A DNA stretch of 64,000 bases, taken from contig MEIR01000089.1 in assembly GCA_002777825.1 (NCBI GenBank), forward strand, positions 25,562 to 89,561, in the 5' to 3' direction. Below are positions 11,458-25,128 of this stretch, piece by piece. Under the pieces are notes generated by a model. It saw only the letters and a list, made by a program, of their open reading frames with translations, was not told the origin of the DNA and did not search any database. The translations under genes and the position numbers were made by a program. Within the stretch, counting starts at the first letter, position 1; each line of letters begins with the position of its first letter. Source of the DNA: Snodgrassella alvi. Lineage in GTDB: Bacteria; Pseudomonadota; Gammaproteobacteria; Burkholderiales; Neisseriaceae.

Positions 11458-11826
11458 GTGGCTAAAGTCGATGGAAGGTGCTCATTTTGTCAACAAACTC
11501 CCTCAGTGAAAAAACATGGATTAGGAAGCACTGGACATCAACGTTATCATTGCTAAGATTGCTGCCGAAGCTTCCAGCTCGATTATGAATATCATGCCTG
11601 CCAACCCAGAACTAAAGATAAAATTATCGACCTCACGATGAATAATGCCAGTATTCGTGATACTGCTAGGCCCTTCATATCAGCAGTAATGAATTCAAAT
11701 GTCAAGAAATCGATTTTATTATCAACCCCAATTCATCAAACGAGCAGATATTGTTGCTGAGTATGACCTGACTAAATCTGCATTAGACAAGTGGATTAAG
11801 CCATATAGTAGTAACCAGAAAATTTG
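11458..11826 (+). mobile_element. Degenerate IS1-family transposase (InsA-like) remnant with frameshifts
   Basis: translation gives zinc-finger N-terminus VAKVDGRCSFCQQTPSVKKHGLGSTGHQRYHC* and later KIIDLTMNNASIRDTARPFI..., collinear with IS1 InsA (CPSC...[33 protein letters not shown]); multiple stops. Confidence 0.45.
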
Positions 11827-11900
11827 ATTTGTTATATATTAAGATTTAGCCTATCTAGTATACTGAATCGATTTCAAAGCATAAAATATACAATGTGTGT

Positions 11901-11931
11901 AAAAAAGCACTTCTACTTGAAGTGCTTTTTT
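11901..11931. terminator. Bidirectional hairpin (AAAAAAGCACTTC-TAC-TTGAAGTGCTTTTTT), copy 1 of a repeated element
   Basis: perfect 11-bp stem flanked by A-run and T-run. Confidence 0.5.
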
Positions 11932-12623
11932 GATTTTAAATCATCTGCACTACATTATTATTTAAGCATAAATATTAATTTAATGATTGATTTAGTATAG
12001 TAGTTGACAATATTTACATTTAATACCAAATTATTTTAAATCATTATTATTTTGAGTCCTGTCAAGTTTACAAATAAGGCCTAATCAGGCAGATATATCT
12101 CCACAACCTCAAAAATTGTCTGCCATCTTAACGGATACAATTTAAAAATCTGAATCCGCCCTGTACAATCAATGGCCACACATCATTCAAATCATTTCTA
12201 TTAAAGCCATCACAGAAACCAGCATCATCAATTACCAAAACATTTTGATTAAACCATCCAGTTTATTAATTGTGCATAATTCAAAAACCACAATCAAAGT
12301 TAATAGCATGGCTATAAATTCATACAAATATAATAGAGATTCTCAAGCAAAACATTACTGGTTATGAGCACAGTCCACAGGATAATCAGCCAGACTACCT
12401 AAATATTTTACAGTTAATTTAATTATGACGCCAATATGGCATTTGGTGAAAGTGGTCATTCTAATCGATTTAAATATTATAAATCTTAAATCGTTATCTT
12501 TGCTGTCTGCATAGCAATTGGTAAGTATCATGTCACCACATACGAATAAGAAATCATCATACCATTCGAATATATATACGCATAAGAACCAATAATCAGC
12601 ATAGCTCTGATCAGGCAAATCTG

Positions 12624-12655
12624 TAAAAAAAGCACTTCATTCTGAAGTGCTTTTT
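12624..12655. terminator. Bidirectional terminator just downstream of yidC (AAAAAGCACTTCA-TTC-TGAAGTGCTTTTT), copy 2 of same hairpin family
   Basis: near-identical stem to 11901-11931; sits 14 nt after yidC stop. Confidence 0.6.
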
Positions 12656-12668
12656 ACTATCGTTTCGT

Positions 12669-14321
12669 TTATGCGTCCAATGGACGGTGCAGCTTCGCCT
12701 GCCGCTCAATGCGTTTGTTGACAAACCATTGCTGTGCCAGCGTTAAAATATTATTCGTCAACCAGTACAGTACCAAACCAGCAGGGAAGAAGAAGAACAT
12801 CACTGAAAACGCAACTGGCATGATTTTCATCATTTTTGCCTGAACGGGGTCTGTTGGCGGCGGATTCATGAATGTTTGCAGATACATGGTTAGCGCCATC
12901 AGCACAGGCAGGATGAAATAAGGGTCTTGACGTCCCAGATCGGTAATCCAGCCAATCCATGGTGCACCGCGCAATTCTACTGAAGCAAACAGTGCCCAAT
13001 ACAAACCAATAAACACCGGAATCTGCAACAGCATTGGCAAACAACCGCCTACCGGATTGATTTTTTCCTTTTTGTACAGCGACATCATTTCCTGCTGCAT
13101 GCGCATGCGATCGTTACCATACTGGTCTTTCAATGCCTGTAGGCGTGGCGCCACAGCACGCATCTTGGCCATAGATTTATACGATGCATGGGTAAGCGGA
13201 AATAGAATCGCTTTTACAGTGAGTGTCAGTAGAATAATCGCCCAGCCCCAGTTATGTACCAAACCATGCCACCAGTTCAGCAGCCAGAACAAAGGCGAAG
13301 AGAACAGCGATACTTTACCGTAGTCTTTAATCATCTGTAGATGATCAGCAACTTTGGTAATCACTGAATAAATCTGCGGACCAGCATACAGAGAAATACC
13401 AAAGCTACCGGTAGCATTAGCACCAATATCTTTTAACGGCACGCGCACACCAGCCGAATACAGGCCATCACTGCGTTTACGGATATCAATCCGACAATCA
13501 CTGCTGCCACAAACACTGCTACCCTCTTTAGGTTGCAGAATCCATGTGGTCATAAAGTAATGCTGAGTCATGCCGATCCAGCCAGTATTAGTCTTACGCT
13601 GATAATCTGCCTGATCGCGGCCGGAAGCGTAATCACTGTCCAAATCCTTAAAGGCTACTTTTTCAAATTTGCCATTCGGGGTATACAACACCGGGCCAGT
13701 ATAGGTATGGTCAAAATAACCGCTACCTTCCGGTTCCTTGTCATCACGCAACACACGATAGGCCACATCCATTTGCAGTGGCTGGGCATTGTGATTGGCA
13801 ATTTCATAACGCAGTCCAATTAGATAGCTGCCTTTGGTGAAGGTGTAAATTTTGCTAACCTGCACGCCGTTTTGTTCCGCAGCAGTCAAACGCACATCCA
13901 GTTTGTCACCATTAAGCGTGTACTGTTTTTGTGCAGCAGTAAATGTCAGGTTTTTAAACTGATAGTCCCCCTGACGGTTCAATAACACCGACTGGGCAAT
14001 ATACTGATGGCCATTAGCACCGTTATCCAGCAACACAAAAGGCTTACTGGCATCACTGGTAGCTTTGTATTTATTGAGTGTAAGCTGGCGTAAATCACCG
14101 CTTTTTTCATCAATAATCGCCTTAACGGTATCGGTGGTAACCGTTACCGGATCCGTTTTACTCAATGCACCTTCAGCAGTCATATCGGTAGAAGTAGCAT
14201 TGCTGGTGGATGATGTTTGTTGTGTTGCAGGCTGATTTTGGGGTTGTGGGTATAATTTTTCCCAACCCAGCAAAATTGCCATGGTGAGCACAAAAAATAT
14301 CAGTAATCGTTTGAAATCCAT
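12669..14321 (-). CDS. yidC: Membrane protein insertase YidC
   Basis: 550 aa; large periplasmic domain then conserved C-terminal 5-TM insertase core; gene order rpmH-rnpA-yidD-yidC. Confidence 0.95.
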   Translation of the reverse strand: MDFKRLLIFFVLTMAILLGWEKLYPQPQNQPATQQTSSTSNATSTDMTAEGALSKTDPVTVTTDTVKAIIDEKSGDLRQLTLNKYKATSDASKPFVLLDNGANGHQYIAQSVLLNRQGDYQFKNLTFTAAQKQYTLNGDKLDVRLTAAEQNGVQVSKIYTFTKGSYLIGLRYEIANHNAQPLQMDVAYRVLRDDKEPEGSGYFDHTYTGPVLYTPNGKFEKVAFKDLDSDYASGRDQADYQRKTNTGWIGMTQHYFMTTWILQPKEGSSVCGSSDCRIDIRKRSDGLYSAGVRVPLKDIGANATGSFGISLYAGPQIYSVITKVADHLQMIKDYGKVSLFSSPLFWLLNWWHGLVHNWGWAIILLTLTVKAILFPLTHASYKSMAKMRAVAPRLQALKDQYGNDRMRMQQEMMSLYKKEKINPVGGCLPMLLQIPVFIGLYWALFASVELRGAPWIGWITDLGRQDPYFILPVLMALTMYLQTFMNPPPTDPVQAKMMKIMPVAFSVMFFFFPAGLVLYWLTNNILTLAQQWFVNKRIERQAKLHRPLDA

Positions 14322-14342
14322 AGTGTATTCCGTGTGTGTTCG

Positions 14343-14552
14343 CTAAGGAAGTGGGTCATGACCGCAACCACCCCATGGATGACAGCGGCAAATGCGCTTT
14401 ATCGCCAGCCAGCTACCCCTGAATACCCCGTATTTTTGCAGCGCCAGTACTGCATATTGCGAACAGGTCGGGCTATATCGGCAACGTGGTGGCAGCAACG
14501 GGCTAATGGCATACTGGTAAAACCGAATCAGACCCAGCAATAAATATTTCAT
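14343..14552 (-). CDS. yidD: Membrane protein insertion efficiency factor YidD
   Basis: 69 aa; conserved YQ..ISP...C.Y.PTCS.Y motif. Confidence 0.9.
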   Translation of the reverse strand: MKYLLLGLIRFYQYAISPLLPPRCRYSPTCSQYAVLALQKYGVFRGSWLAIKRICRCHPWGGCGHDPLP

Positions 14553-14908
14553 TGCGACGTTGTTTTACACCCGTCACTTGCCACAAGCAACTGCTGTAAA
14601 GTTCTGACAACGCCAGTATAATCCTTATGCTGGAAAGGCTGGCGTATACGAATGATTATATCTACCGGCGGCAATTCATGTCGGTGCAGGCGAAACCATT
14701 CCCGTAACACCCGTTTCATGTAATTGCGCCGGTTGGCACGTCTGGCCACTTTTTTGGCAACTATCAGCCCCAGACGCGGGAAACCCAAAGCATTGCGTGC
14801 CTGAAATACCTGAATCCAGGCACGGCTTTTTTGGCAACGTAACGCAAAAACGGATGAAAAATCATCCGTTTTTAATAGGCGATATTTTTTGCCAAAATGA
14901 TAATCCAT
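14549..14908 (-). CDS. rnpA: Ribonuclease P protein component
   Basis: 119 aa basic protein; RNR-like motif region ([19 protein letters not shown]); synteny. Confidence 0.9.
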   Translation of the reverse strand: MDYHFGKKYRLLKTDDFSSVFALRCQKSRAWIQVFQARNALGFPRLGLIVAKKVARRANRRNYMKRVLREWFRLHRHELPPVDIIIRIRQPFQHKDYTGVVRTLQQLLVASDGCKTTSQ

Positions 14909-14916
14909 TCTTGTTC

Positions 14917-15051
14917 TTACACAGCCAAACGTTTACGACCCTTGGCACGACGGGCAGCCAGTACAGCACGTCCGCCACGGGTTTTGCTGCGAACCAGAAA
15001 GCCATGAGTGCGTTTGCGACGGGTAACGGATGGTTGATAAGTACGTTTCAT
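14917..15051 (-). CDS. rpmH: 50S ribosomal protein L34
   Basis: Not in ORF track (44 aa). Reverse-complement translation: [44 protein letters not shown]. Confidence 0.92.
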   Translation of the reverse strand: MKRTYQPSVTRRKRTHGFLVRSKTRGGRAVLAARRAKGRKRLAV

Positions 15052-15273
15052 AATTTATTCCCGAATTAACTTTAAATAAAACGTGGCATTACACAACAAG
15101 AACAGCACTTTGTCAATCAATATAATCTACAGCAAAGCTTTATGGCAACTGCTTTAACATAAAGTGCAAATCATGGTCAGAAATCTGTTTATTGCGTATA
15201 ATTAGCATAATAGGCACTTTTTACTTCCAGCCTTTAGCCCGTCCCGATTGACAGACAAATTTAAGCTTCACGC

Positions 15274-16902
15274 ATGACCCTGACAGAATTTTGGCCACAG
15301 TGCCTATTGCAATTAAAACAGAGCCTGCCCTCCCAGCAATACCAGATGTGGATTGCTCCGTTAACTGTAGGCGAGGAAAATGGCAATTGGGTAATCTTTG
15401 CGCGTAATACCTTTACATTTAATCATATCCGCGAACGTTTCTGGCCATCTGTCGAAAGCGCCAGACAGGCTATCCTGCCGGATGGCAACACACCATTAAT
15501 TCTGAAAATCGGCCAGGGACAATCCTTGCAGGCGGCCACACAGGCAATACCGCTAAACGTCGCAGCCAGCCCGGTTCCTGCTGCGGTTACGCCACCGGCT
15601 ACAGCGGTGATTGAGAATCTGCCAGCAGCCAAACCAGAAACAGACGCAGCAACTCCTGAGGTGGCACCCAAAACACGTGCAACACCAAAACAGACTGAAT
15701 CTGCTCAGGACATCATCGCCAAACGACTGCGTCACAGCCAGTCTAAAAGCGATAGTAGCCCTGCTGACAATAGCGAAAGCGGCAATACCAAACCGGCCAA
15801 AGCCGAAAAACACGAAGCGGCTGCACCAGCAACCGCATCTGATACAGCACATGAAAACAATAAAAAATCTCGCTATACCGAAACCAATCTGAATCCCGAG
15901 CACACTTTCGCAGCTCTGGTACAAGGTAAAGGTAACCGTTTGGCTCATGCTGCTGCTCTGTCTATTGCAGAAAATCCCGGCAACAGCATGTACAACCCGT
16001 TTTTCGTCTATGGCAGTACCGGTCTGGGTAAAACCCATCTGGTACAGGCAATTGGTAACCAGCTTTTTGCTACTGATGCCAAAGTAAAAATACGTTATAT
16101 TCATGCCGATGAATTTATCCGCGGCATTATGAATGCATTCCATGCCAAATCATTTGATGCCATGCGTCAGCAATATCAGCAGGTAGACTTGCTTATCATG
16201 GATGATGTGCAGTTTATTGCCGGCAAAGACCGTACCATGGAAGAGTTTTTTTACGTCTATAATCATTTAATTGACGAAAAAAAACAGGTTATCCTTACCT
16301 GTGATACCCTGCCTACCCATATTGATGGCATGGACGACCGCCTGAAATCACGTTTTTCCTGGGGGCTGAGTCTGGAGCTCGAACCGCCAGAGCTGGAAAT
16401 GCGTGTCGCTATTTTGCAGAAAAAAGCTGAGTTGGCACAGGTAAAATTGGAAGACGAAGCCGCGTTTTTTATTGCCAAGCATATCCGCAGTAATGTGCGC
16501 GAACTGGAAGGTGCATTCAAGCGTGTAGTCGCACAAAGCCGTTTTGCCAGCCGTCCGATTGATGTGGGCTTGGCCACTGAAGCATTACAGGATATTCTGG
16601 CAGTCAATCACAAACCCATGACTCTGGAACACATCCAGAACACTGTAGCCAAATTTTATGGCATCACCATTAGTGACATGGTGGGCAAAAAACGTACCCG
16701 CACTCTGGCTCGTCCGCGCCAGATGGCCATGACATTAGCAAAAGAACTTACTCCACTTAGTTTACCCGCTATTGGTAGCGGATTTGGTGGCCGCGACCAC
16801 ACAACGGTCATGCATGCGGTAAAAAGCATCTCCAAACTCCGTAAAGATGATGCTGAAACAACCAAAGCGTATGAAACCTTAATGATGATTTTGCGAGATT
16901 AA
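15274..16902 (+). CDS. dnaA: Chromosomal replication initiator DnaA (with extended Pro/Ala/Thr-rich linker)
   Basis: AAA+ Walker A GSTGLGKTHL, Walker B LLIMDDVQF, C-terminal DNA-binding domain; 542 aa. Confidence 0.95.
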   Translation: MTLTEFWPQCLLQLKQSLPSQQYQMWIAPLTVGEENGNWVIFARNTFTFNHIRERFWPSVESARQAILPDGNTPLILKIGQGQSLQAATQAIPLNVAASPVPAAVTPPATAVIENLPAAKPETDAATPEVAPKTRATPKQTESAQDIIAKRLRHSQSKSDSSPADNSESGNTKPAKAEKHEAAAPATASDTAHENNKKSRYTETNLNPEHTFAALVQGKGNRLAHAAALSIAENPGNSMYNPFFVYGSTGLGKTHLVQAIGNQLFATDAKVKIRYIHADEFIRGIMNAFHAKSFDAMRQQYQQVDLLIMDDVQFIAGKDRTMEEFFYVYNHLIDEKKQVILTCDTLPTHIDGMDDRLKSRFSWGLSLELEPPELEMRVAILQKKAELAQVKLEDEAAFFIAKHIRSNVRELEGAFKRVVAQSRFASRPIDVGLATEALQDILAVNHKPMTLEHIQNTVAKFYGITISDMVGKKRTRTLARPRQMAMTLAKELTPLSLPAIGSGFGGRDHTTVMHAVKSISKLRKDDAETTKAYETLMMILRD

Positions 16903-16917
16903 ACCAAGGAACAGAAT

Positions 16918-18021
16918 ATGCTGATTTTACAAGCAGAACGCGACAGTTTGCTCAAACCGCTGCAAGCCGTAACCGGTATTGTTGAGCGTCGCCACACTTT
17001 ACCGATACTGTCTAATGTATTGTTGGAAAACCATCAGGGGCAAATCAAAATTCTGGCTACCGATCTGGAAATTCAGATTGATACCGTAGGACCAAAAAGT
17101 GAAGCAGAAGATTTTCGCATCACCACCAATGCCAAAAAACTGCAAGACATCCTGCGCGCCCTGCCTGCTGGTGCCATGGTGTCACTAGACTGGAACAACA
17201 ACCGTCTGGTGCTGAAAGCCGGTAAAAGCCGTTTTAATCTGCAAACCCTGCCAGCAGAAGATTTCCCGCTGATGAGCGTTGGCGAAAATGTCGATGCCAC
17301 CTTTACCCTGCCACAGGAAATGTTCCGCGAGATGCTGTCACAAGTACAGTACAGCATGGCTATTCAGGATATCCGTTATTATCTCAACGGCCTGCTGATG
17401 CAAACTGAAGGCAATCAACTGCGTCTGGTGGCTACCGACGGGCACCGTCTGGCCTATGCAGCCTGCAATATCGAAGCAGATTTGCCCAAAGCCGAAGTGA
17501 TTCTGCCCCGCAAAACCGTACTAGAGCTGTTTAAGCTGCTCACCTTCCCCGAACAGCCGATAACCATTGAACTTTTGAATAATCAGGTGCGTTTCCGCTG
17601 CAATGACACCATTATCGTTTCCAAAGTGGTAGATGGTAAATTCCCAGACTACAACCGTGTTATTCCATTAGATAACGATAAAATCTTTCTGGCCAATCGT
17701 ACCGAGCTGCTGGGTGCACTGGAACGAGCTGCCATTCTGGCCAATGAAAAATTCCGCGGTGCCCGCCTGCAAATCCAGCCCGGCCTGCTCAGTGTCACCT
17801 GTAACAACAATGAACAGGAAGAAGCACGCGAAGAACTGGAAATTGCCTATCAGGGCGATACACTGGAAGTGGGTTTTAACATCAACTATCTGATGGATGT
17901 ATTGCGCAATGTACATGCGGAAGACTTACAGCTAGCTTTTGGCGATGCAAACCGCTCCACCCTGTTTACCATCCCCAACAACCCCAATTTTAAATATATT
18001 GTCATGCCAATGCGTATTTAA
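16918..18021 (+). CDS. dnaN: DNA polymerase III beta sliding clamp
   Basis: 367 aa, three-domain clamp; synteny after dnaA. Confidence 0.95.
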   Translation: MLILQAERDSLLKPLQAVTGIVERRHTLPILSNVLLENHQGQIKILATDLEIQIDTVGPKSEAEDFRITTNAKKLQDILRALPAGAMVSLDWNNNRLVLKAGKSRFNLQTLPAEDFPLMSVGENVDATFTLPQEMFREMLSQVQYSMAIQDIRYYLNGLLMQTEGNQLRLVATDGHRLAYAACNIEADLPKAEVILPRKTVLELFKLLTFPEQPITIELLNNQVRFRCNDTIIVSKVVDGKFPDYNRVIPLDNDKIFLANRTELLGALERAAILANEKFRGARLQIQPGLLSVTCNNNEQEEAREELEIAYQGDTLEVGFNINYLMDVLRNVHAEDLQLAFGDANRSTLFTIPNNPNFKYIVMPMRI

Positions 18022-18048
18022 TCGTTATTCATACAATCACTTAGCTAT

Positions 18049-18099
18049 GGCCGTAAACTAGCCTGCTGTTTTTATAACAGCCTAATCTGGTTTACGGCC
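18049..18099 (+). terminator. Long inverted repeat (GGCCGTAAAC ... GTTTACGGCC) after dnaN followed by T-rich run; likely terminator/structured element
   Basis: perfect 10-bp arms separated by 31 nt; T-rich tail. Confidence 0.4.
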
Positions 18100-18326
18100 G
18101 TTTATTATTTACATTGAGCATTATTATCCATAAATAAAAATCAGCCAAAACATCATGTTAAATATAACAACTGGCTGAAAAAAAGCTGGTTTTCTGTTAT
18201 AATATTCTTTTGGTCAATTGCCCTGAAACAGGCCTGTGAATACTGGCAAACCGGAGTATGCTTATCATCATATCAAGGCTACAGGCGCATTTTTTAACGG
18301 CATGACCACTGCCCCAGATTTAGTAA

Positions 18327-20726
<2,400 letters not shown>

Positions 20727-20745
20727 AAAATCACCTGCTCACACC

Positions 20746-20775
20746 AAAAAGGATGGCACAGCCATCCTTTTTTGT
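20746..20775 (+). terminator. gyrB intrinsic terminator (AAAAAGGATGG-CACAG-CCATCCTTTTTT)
   Basis: perfect 11-bp stem + T-run directly after gyrB stop. Confidence 0.8.
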
Positions 20776-20894
20776 TCATTATAAGAGCGCTCGCTATAAT
20801 TAAGGTATAGGTTTATCCATCAGAAAATAAAGAAAACTAAATCATATGGTGATTTTATTGTTACATTCAGGCCAAGATTTGTACGGGTACTAAA

Positions 20895-21185
20895 ATGAAA
20901 AAAATTAATATGGTTATATACCCAATAATTTATATGATAGGACTTTTAATATTATTGTGTACTTCTGATAATAAATATGAGTGGATGCAGGAGATAGATA
21001 ATACGATAGTTCAATTGCCAGAAGATAGCTCTGCAAATACGGCGATTGGAATGACTATTTTAACTTTAATATTAGTTATTATGCAGATAGTGCGTTTCAA
21101 ATTTGCCAGAAGCCATCTTGAGAAAAGCACTGTACTTATACTGGCATTGCTTGCAATCATTGTATGGGCGATTAAATTTAGTTAA
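20895..21185 (+). CDS. Hypothetical small membrane protein at the left edge of the R-M island
   Basis: 96 aa, 3 predicted TM; very AT-rich. Confidence 0.3.
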   Translation: MKKINMVIYPIIYMIGLLILLCTSDNKYEWMQEIDNTIVQLPEDSSANTAIGMTILTLILVIMQIVRFKFARSHLEKSTVLILALLAIIVWAIKFS

Positions 21186-22023
21186 TAATTAATTTTATTT
21201 TATTTAAATTTTTTATACTAAATCTTACTTTAAGATTAAGATAGATAGTTCTGCTTGAAAACTTTTTCAACAAACAGCTTACTGCACTGGCACAGATTAA
21301 TCTACTACACAGCTATTACTACTCAAAAAGTGACGCCAATTCTTATCATAAAATACCAATACTTATTTTCATAAAGCGATTATAAAAAAATTATCGGCAC
21401 TTATTAAGTAAAGTGCTATCGAACAATCGATTTTATGCATGACGGTTATCAAAATCTATGGCGCTTTAAATCATTAAATATAATAAATAAGTATCATCGT
21501 AAAATATTAGGCATTGGCATCTGTCAGATGCCCCGTAAGTAGAATAACTTCGTTATCAGAACAAGCTAGATAAATATGCTGGCTACCAGTAAACAGACAG
21601 ATAAATAATGAATCAAAACCTACCGGAATAACGGTCATCAACTGGAAAAATTATATGGATATCCACAAACTATATTCAATCCAATAGCATATCCAAACCG
21701 GTATATTGCATAATCGTCTCTATCCAACAAAACTACTGAATTGATATCTTTTTAATAATCTGGTACCGGCAAGAAAAATAAGCGAAGAATGACTAATGCT
21801 TTATAACACTGTCCGCCCATCATACATTAAATAATATTAATCCAATCAAATATAAGACATTGAAACAGATAGCGTAATTTTCTGCGGGCGTTTTAACTGA
21901 GGATGGAATACTGACCATTCAATTGCCGATTGTATGCAAGCATACTAAGCACGCCTGAATTAATCAGTTTTAATCAGGAAGCGGAAACGTTAATTCCCAT
22001 TTCCTCTTCCTGATAGTTCGCAA

Positions 22024-25000
22024 TTAAATTTCGCCACCTATGCCTTTAAACTTCTCCACTAGCTCAACAATTTTCTGGTATACCTTTTGTTTTTTGGGCA
22101 AATATTGCGGATTAAGCGGGCTCATTTTGGGCAAGACTTCGTTCAGTTCCGTGCCGTTGTCAGTAGCATATTCACGCCTTAATGAGGATGCAATATAACG
22201 TTTAGCAGCAGCTTCATTTAAATTTTCATCACCAATTAATGTCTTAACCTCAGCCTGTTGCTGCTGTTGGGCATACTGGTAAAAGGCATCAATCATACTG
22301 GCTTTATCAGCAATAGTATTTAAATCGGTATGTTGAATAAATTCAATAACCAATTCCTCTTTGGCACGATAGCCTAAACTGGAGCGGATTAAGCGCTGTG
22401 CATCTTCAACAATGACTTGTTTATTCTTATCTTGCTTGTTCTGCTCAAAAATTAACTCCAGAATATAATCCAAATTGATTTCTTGCGATTTTAATAAATC
22501 CACCTCAAAAACCACATCATCCCAATCTATGGTTAGCTGCTCCTGTTCTTCAGCGGCTTTTTGTCTATACAGCCAGTCACGAATATCATGGTAAGTTGAG
22601 CGGTAATTCTGGATCGCTCTTTCTGTTGGTATCTTAATCTTTTGCAACCGTTCAAAAGCTTCATCTGAAACATAATACTGCGCTTTAAACTGTTCGACTG
22701 CTTGTTTATCTGTAGTATCCAGCTGTTGCAATGTCTTTAAAGCGATATATTCATCATAATTTTGCAATGCATTATCGGCACGTAAATACTGGCCAAATAA
22801 TTTAATAAACGCTTTTTTATCTTTTTCAGTAATAATCTGATCCGGATGAGGAAAACATTGCTGTAGCTCAGCCACAATAGCTAAATATCCGCTATGGATT
22901 TCACCGGAAATCTCATCGGTGTAACCCTGCATATGTTCCTCATAACTTTTTTCTAATACCACATCCTGAGTATTTCTTTGGCCAAATAGTTTGATGGCGG
23001 CAATAGTAGCTGGTTCTAAATCACGAAATGCCACAATATTACCAAACGCTTTAGTGTCATCGTAGATGCGATTGGTGCGTGAAAAGGCTTGGATTAAGCC
23101 ATGAAAACGTAAGTTTTTATCGACAAATAGCGTATTGAGGGTTGGCGCATCAAAGCCGGTTAGAAACATACCCACCACGATTAATAAATCAATTTCCTGC
23201 TTTTTAACGCGCAAAGATAAATCACGGTAATAATTCTGAAATTGCCCGCTGCTAACATCATAGTTGGATCTGAACATTTGATTATAATCATCAATCGCAG
23301 AAGCTAAAAATTCTTTCGCACTTTGATTCAACGCATTGGTTTCAAAGCTTTCATCAGCAATACCGCCTGCAGGGTCTTGTTGCTCATTAGCAGCAAAGGA
23401 AAAGATAGTAGCAATTTTCAATGGTTTACTGGATGATTGTTGCAGCTTTTTTAACGACTCATAATACAGCTTTGCCGCGTCCACACTGCTCACGGCAAAC
23501 ATAGCATTGAATCCTGTACCGTTACCATTTAAGCGGTGTGTTTTCTGGTTAAATTTGTTCAGAATATATTGGCTGATTTGCTCAATTCGTTTCGGATGCA
23601 GTAATGCTTGCTTATTTTCAGCGGCACTGAGTTTCTCCAGATTTTGCTCACATTCAATCGCTTTAAAATGCGGGCGTACATCATTGTAGTCGACTTTAAA
23701 TTTAAGTACTTTTTCATCGCGAATAGCGTCGGTAATTAAATAGCTATGCAACTCACGCCCGAATACCTTGGCAGTAGTTTGCTCGCCAAACGCATTAGCG
23801 TCCAGAATTGGCGTGCCGGTGAAACCAAATTGATAGTATTTTTTAAACTTTTTCTTAATATTTTTTTGTGCTTCGCCAAATTGTGAGCGATGTGCTTCAT
23901 CAAAAATAAACACGACCTGTTTATTATAGATCGCTAAATCATCCTTAGCTTTTATCAGATTATTGAGTTTTTGAATGGTGGTGACAATAATCTTATTATC
24001 CTGTTTTTCAATATTGCGCTCCAGTCCGGCAGTACTATCGGAACCATTGACACTGTCTTTTGAGAATTTCTGATATTCTTTCATGGTTTGATAATCCAGA
24101 TCCTTACGATCCACCACAAAAAACACTTTATCAATAAATTCCAGCTCGGTGGCCAGACGCGCTGCTTTAAAGCTGGTGAGAGTTTTTCCTGAGCCGGTGG
24201 TGTGCCAGATAAAGCCGCCACTATGTAAGCTACTCCAGTTTTTGGCCTGATAAGCACTGATAATCTGCCATAAAATCCGTTCGGTTGCCGCAATCTGGTA
24301 AGGGCGCATAATCAATAAAGTATCATTGATATCCAGAACGGAGTAAGTGATTAAAACACTTAACAGCACACGGCTGGCAAAAAAAGTGGCGGTAAAATCT
24401 TTTAAGTCTTTAATTGGTTCGTTTTCAACATTCGCCCAGTTTATGGTGAAATCAAAACTGGCCTTATCCCGTTTGGTGGTATTGGCAAAATACCGGGTAT
24501 CGGTACCGTTTGAAATCACAAATAACTGTAGATATTTAAACAGGGAATTGTCCTGATTAAAACTCTCTTTACTGTAGCGATGAACTTGACCAAACGCTTC
24601 ACGAATGGCAAGGCCACGTTTTTTAAGCTCCACATGTACTAAAGGCAGGCCATTAACTAAGATGGTAACATCGTAGCGATTAGCATAATTACCGGTTTGC
24701 TGAAACTGGCGAATCACCTGTAATTTATTGTTGCTGAGGTTTTTTTTATCGAGCAGATAAATATTCTGAATATGCCCATCATCAAACACAAAATCGTAGA
24801 TATGATTATGGTGAATTTTACGGCTTTTATCGACCATCGATTCATTCGGTTTATCCAGATACTCTAATACAAATCGCTGCCATTCCTCATCGCTAAACTG
24901 CATATTATTGAGCGTTTGCAACTGCACCCGAATATTGGCCAACAATTTCTGCTGATTATTCAGCTCAGGCAGATATTCATATCCTTGACGGCATAAATCC

Positions 25001-25125
25001 TGAATCAATTCGTTTTCTAATTCATTTTCCGTTTGATACGCTGCCGCCGGCTCTTCAAGCTTGGTGTAGTTATCTAAAATAATATAGTGATCAGTTTCGG
25101 CAATCGGGGTTGTGTAATTGACCAT
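22024..25125 (-). CDS. hsdR: Type I restriction enzyme R subunit (HsdR)
   Basis: 1033 aa; SF2 helicase motifs incl. Walker A TGSGKT and DEAH box ([10 protein letters not shown]); operon with hsdM/hsdS. Confidence 0.9.
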   Translation of the reverse strand: MVNYTTPIAETDHYIILDNYTKLEEPAAAYQTENELENELIQDLCRQGYEYLPELNNQQKLLANIRVQLQTLNNMQFSDEEWQRFVLEYLDKPNESMVDKSRKIHHNHIYDFVFDDGHIQNIYLLDKKNLSNNKLQVIRQFQQTGNYANRYDVTILVNGLPLVHVELKKRGLAIREAFGQVHRYSKESFNQDNSLFKYLQLFVISNGTDTRYFANTTKRDKASFDFTINWANVENEPIKDLKDFTATFFASRVLLSVLITYSVLDINDTLLIMRPYQIAATERILWQIISAYQAKNWSSLHSGGFIWHTTGSGKTLTSFKAARLATELEFIDKVFFVVDRKDLDYQTMKEYQKFSKDSVNGSDSTAGLERNIEKQDNKIIVTTIQKLNNLIKAKDDLAIYNKQVVFIFDEAHRSQFGEAQKNIKKKFKKYYQFGFTGTPILDANAFGEQTTAKVFGRELHSYLITDAIRDEKVLKFKVDYNDVRPHFKAIECEQNLEKLSAAENKQALLHPKRIEQISQYILNKFNQKTHRLNGNGTGFNAMFAVSSVDAAKLYYESLKKLQQSSSKPLKIATIFSFAANEQQDPAGGIADESFETNALNQSAKEFLASAIDDYNQMFRSNYDVSSGQFQNYYRDLSLRVKKQEIDLLIVVGMFLTGFDAPTLNTLFVDKNLRFHGLIQAFSRTNRIYDDTKAFGNIVAFRDLEPATIAAIKLFGQRNTQDVVLEKSYEEHMQGYTDEISGEIHSGYLAIVAELQQCFPHPDQIITEKDKKAFIKLFGQYLRADNALQNYDEYIALKTLQQLDTTDKQAVEQFKAQYYVSDEAFERLQKIKIPTERAIQNYRSTYHDIRDWLYRQKAAEEQEQLTIDWDDVVFEVDLLKSQEINLDYILELIFEQNKQDKNKQVIVEDAQRLIRSSLGYRAKEELVIEFIQHTDLNTIADKASMIDAFYQYAQQQQQAEVKTLIGDENLNEAAAKRYIASSLRREYATDNGTELNEVLPKMSPLNPQYLPKKQKVYQKIVELVEKFKGIGGEI

Positions 25126-25128
25126 CGT

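Noticed and set aside
12355-12618. 87-aa ORF in the AT-rich region downstream of yidC
   Set aside because: Compositionally biased, Cys/Phe/Tyr-rich nonsense without start context or homology; the region looks non-coding.
15052-15273. Expected DnaA-box cluster / oriC between rpmH and dnaA
   Set aside because: No TTATCCACA-like 9-mers (one or fewer mismatches) could be found by eye, so oriC is not annotated here.
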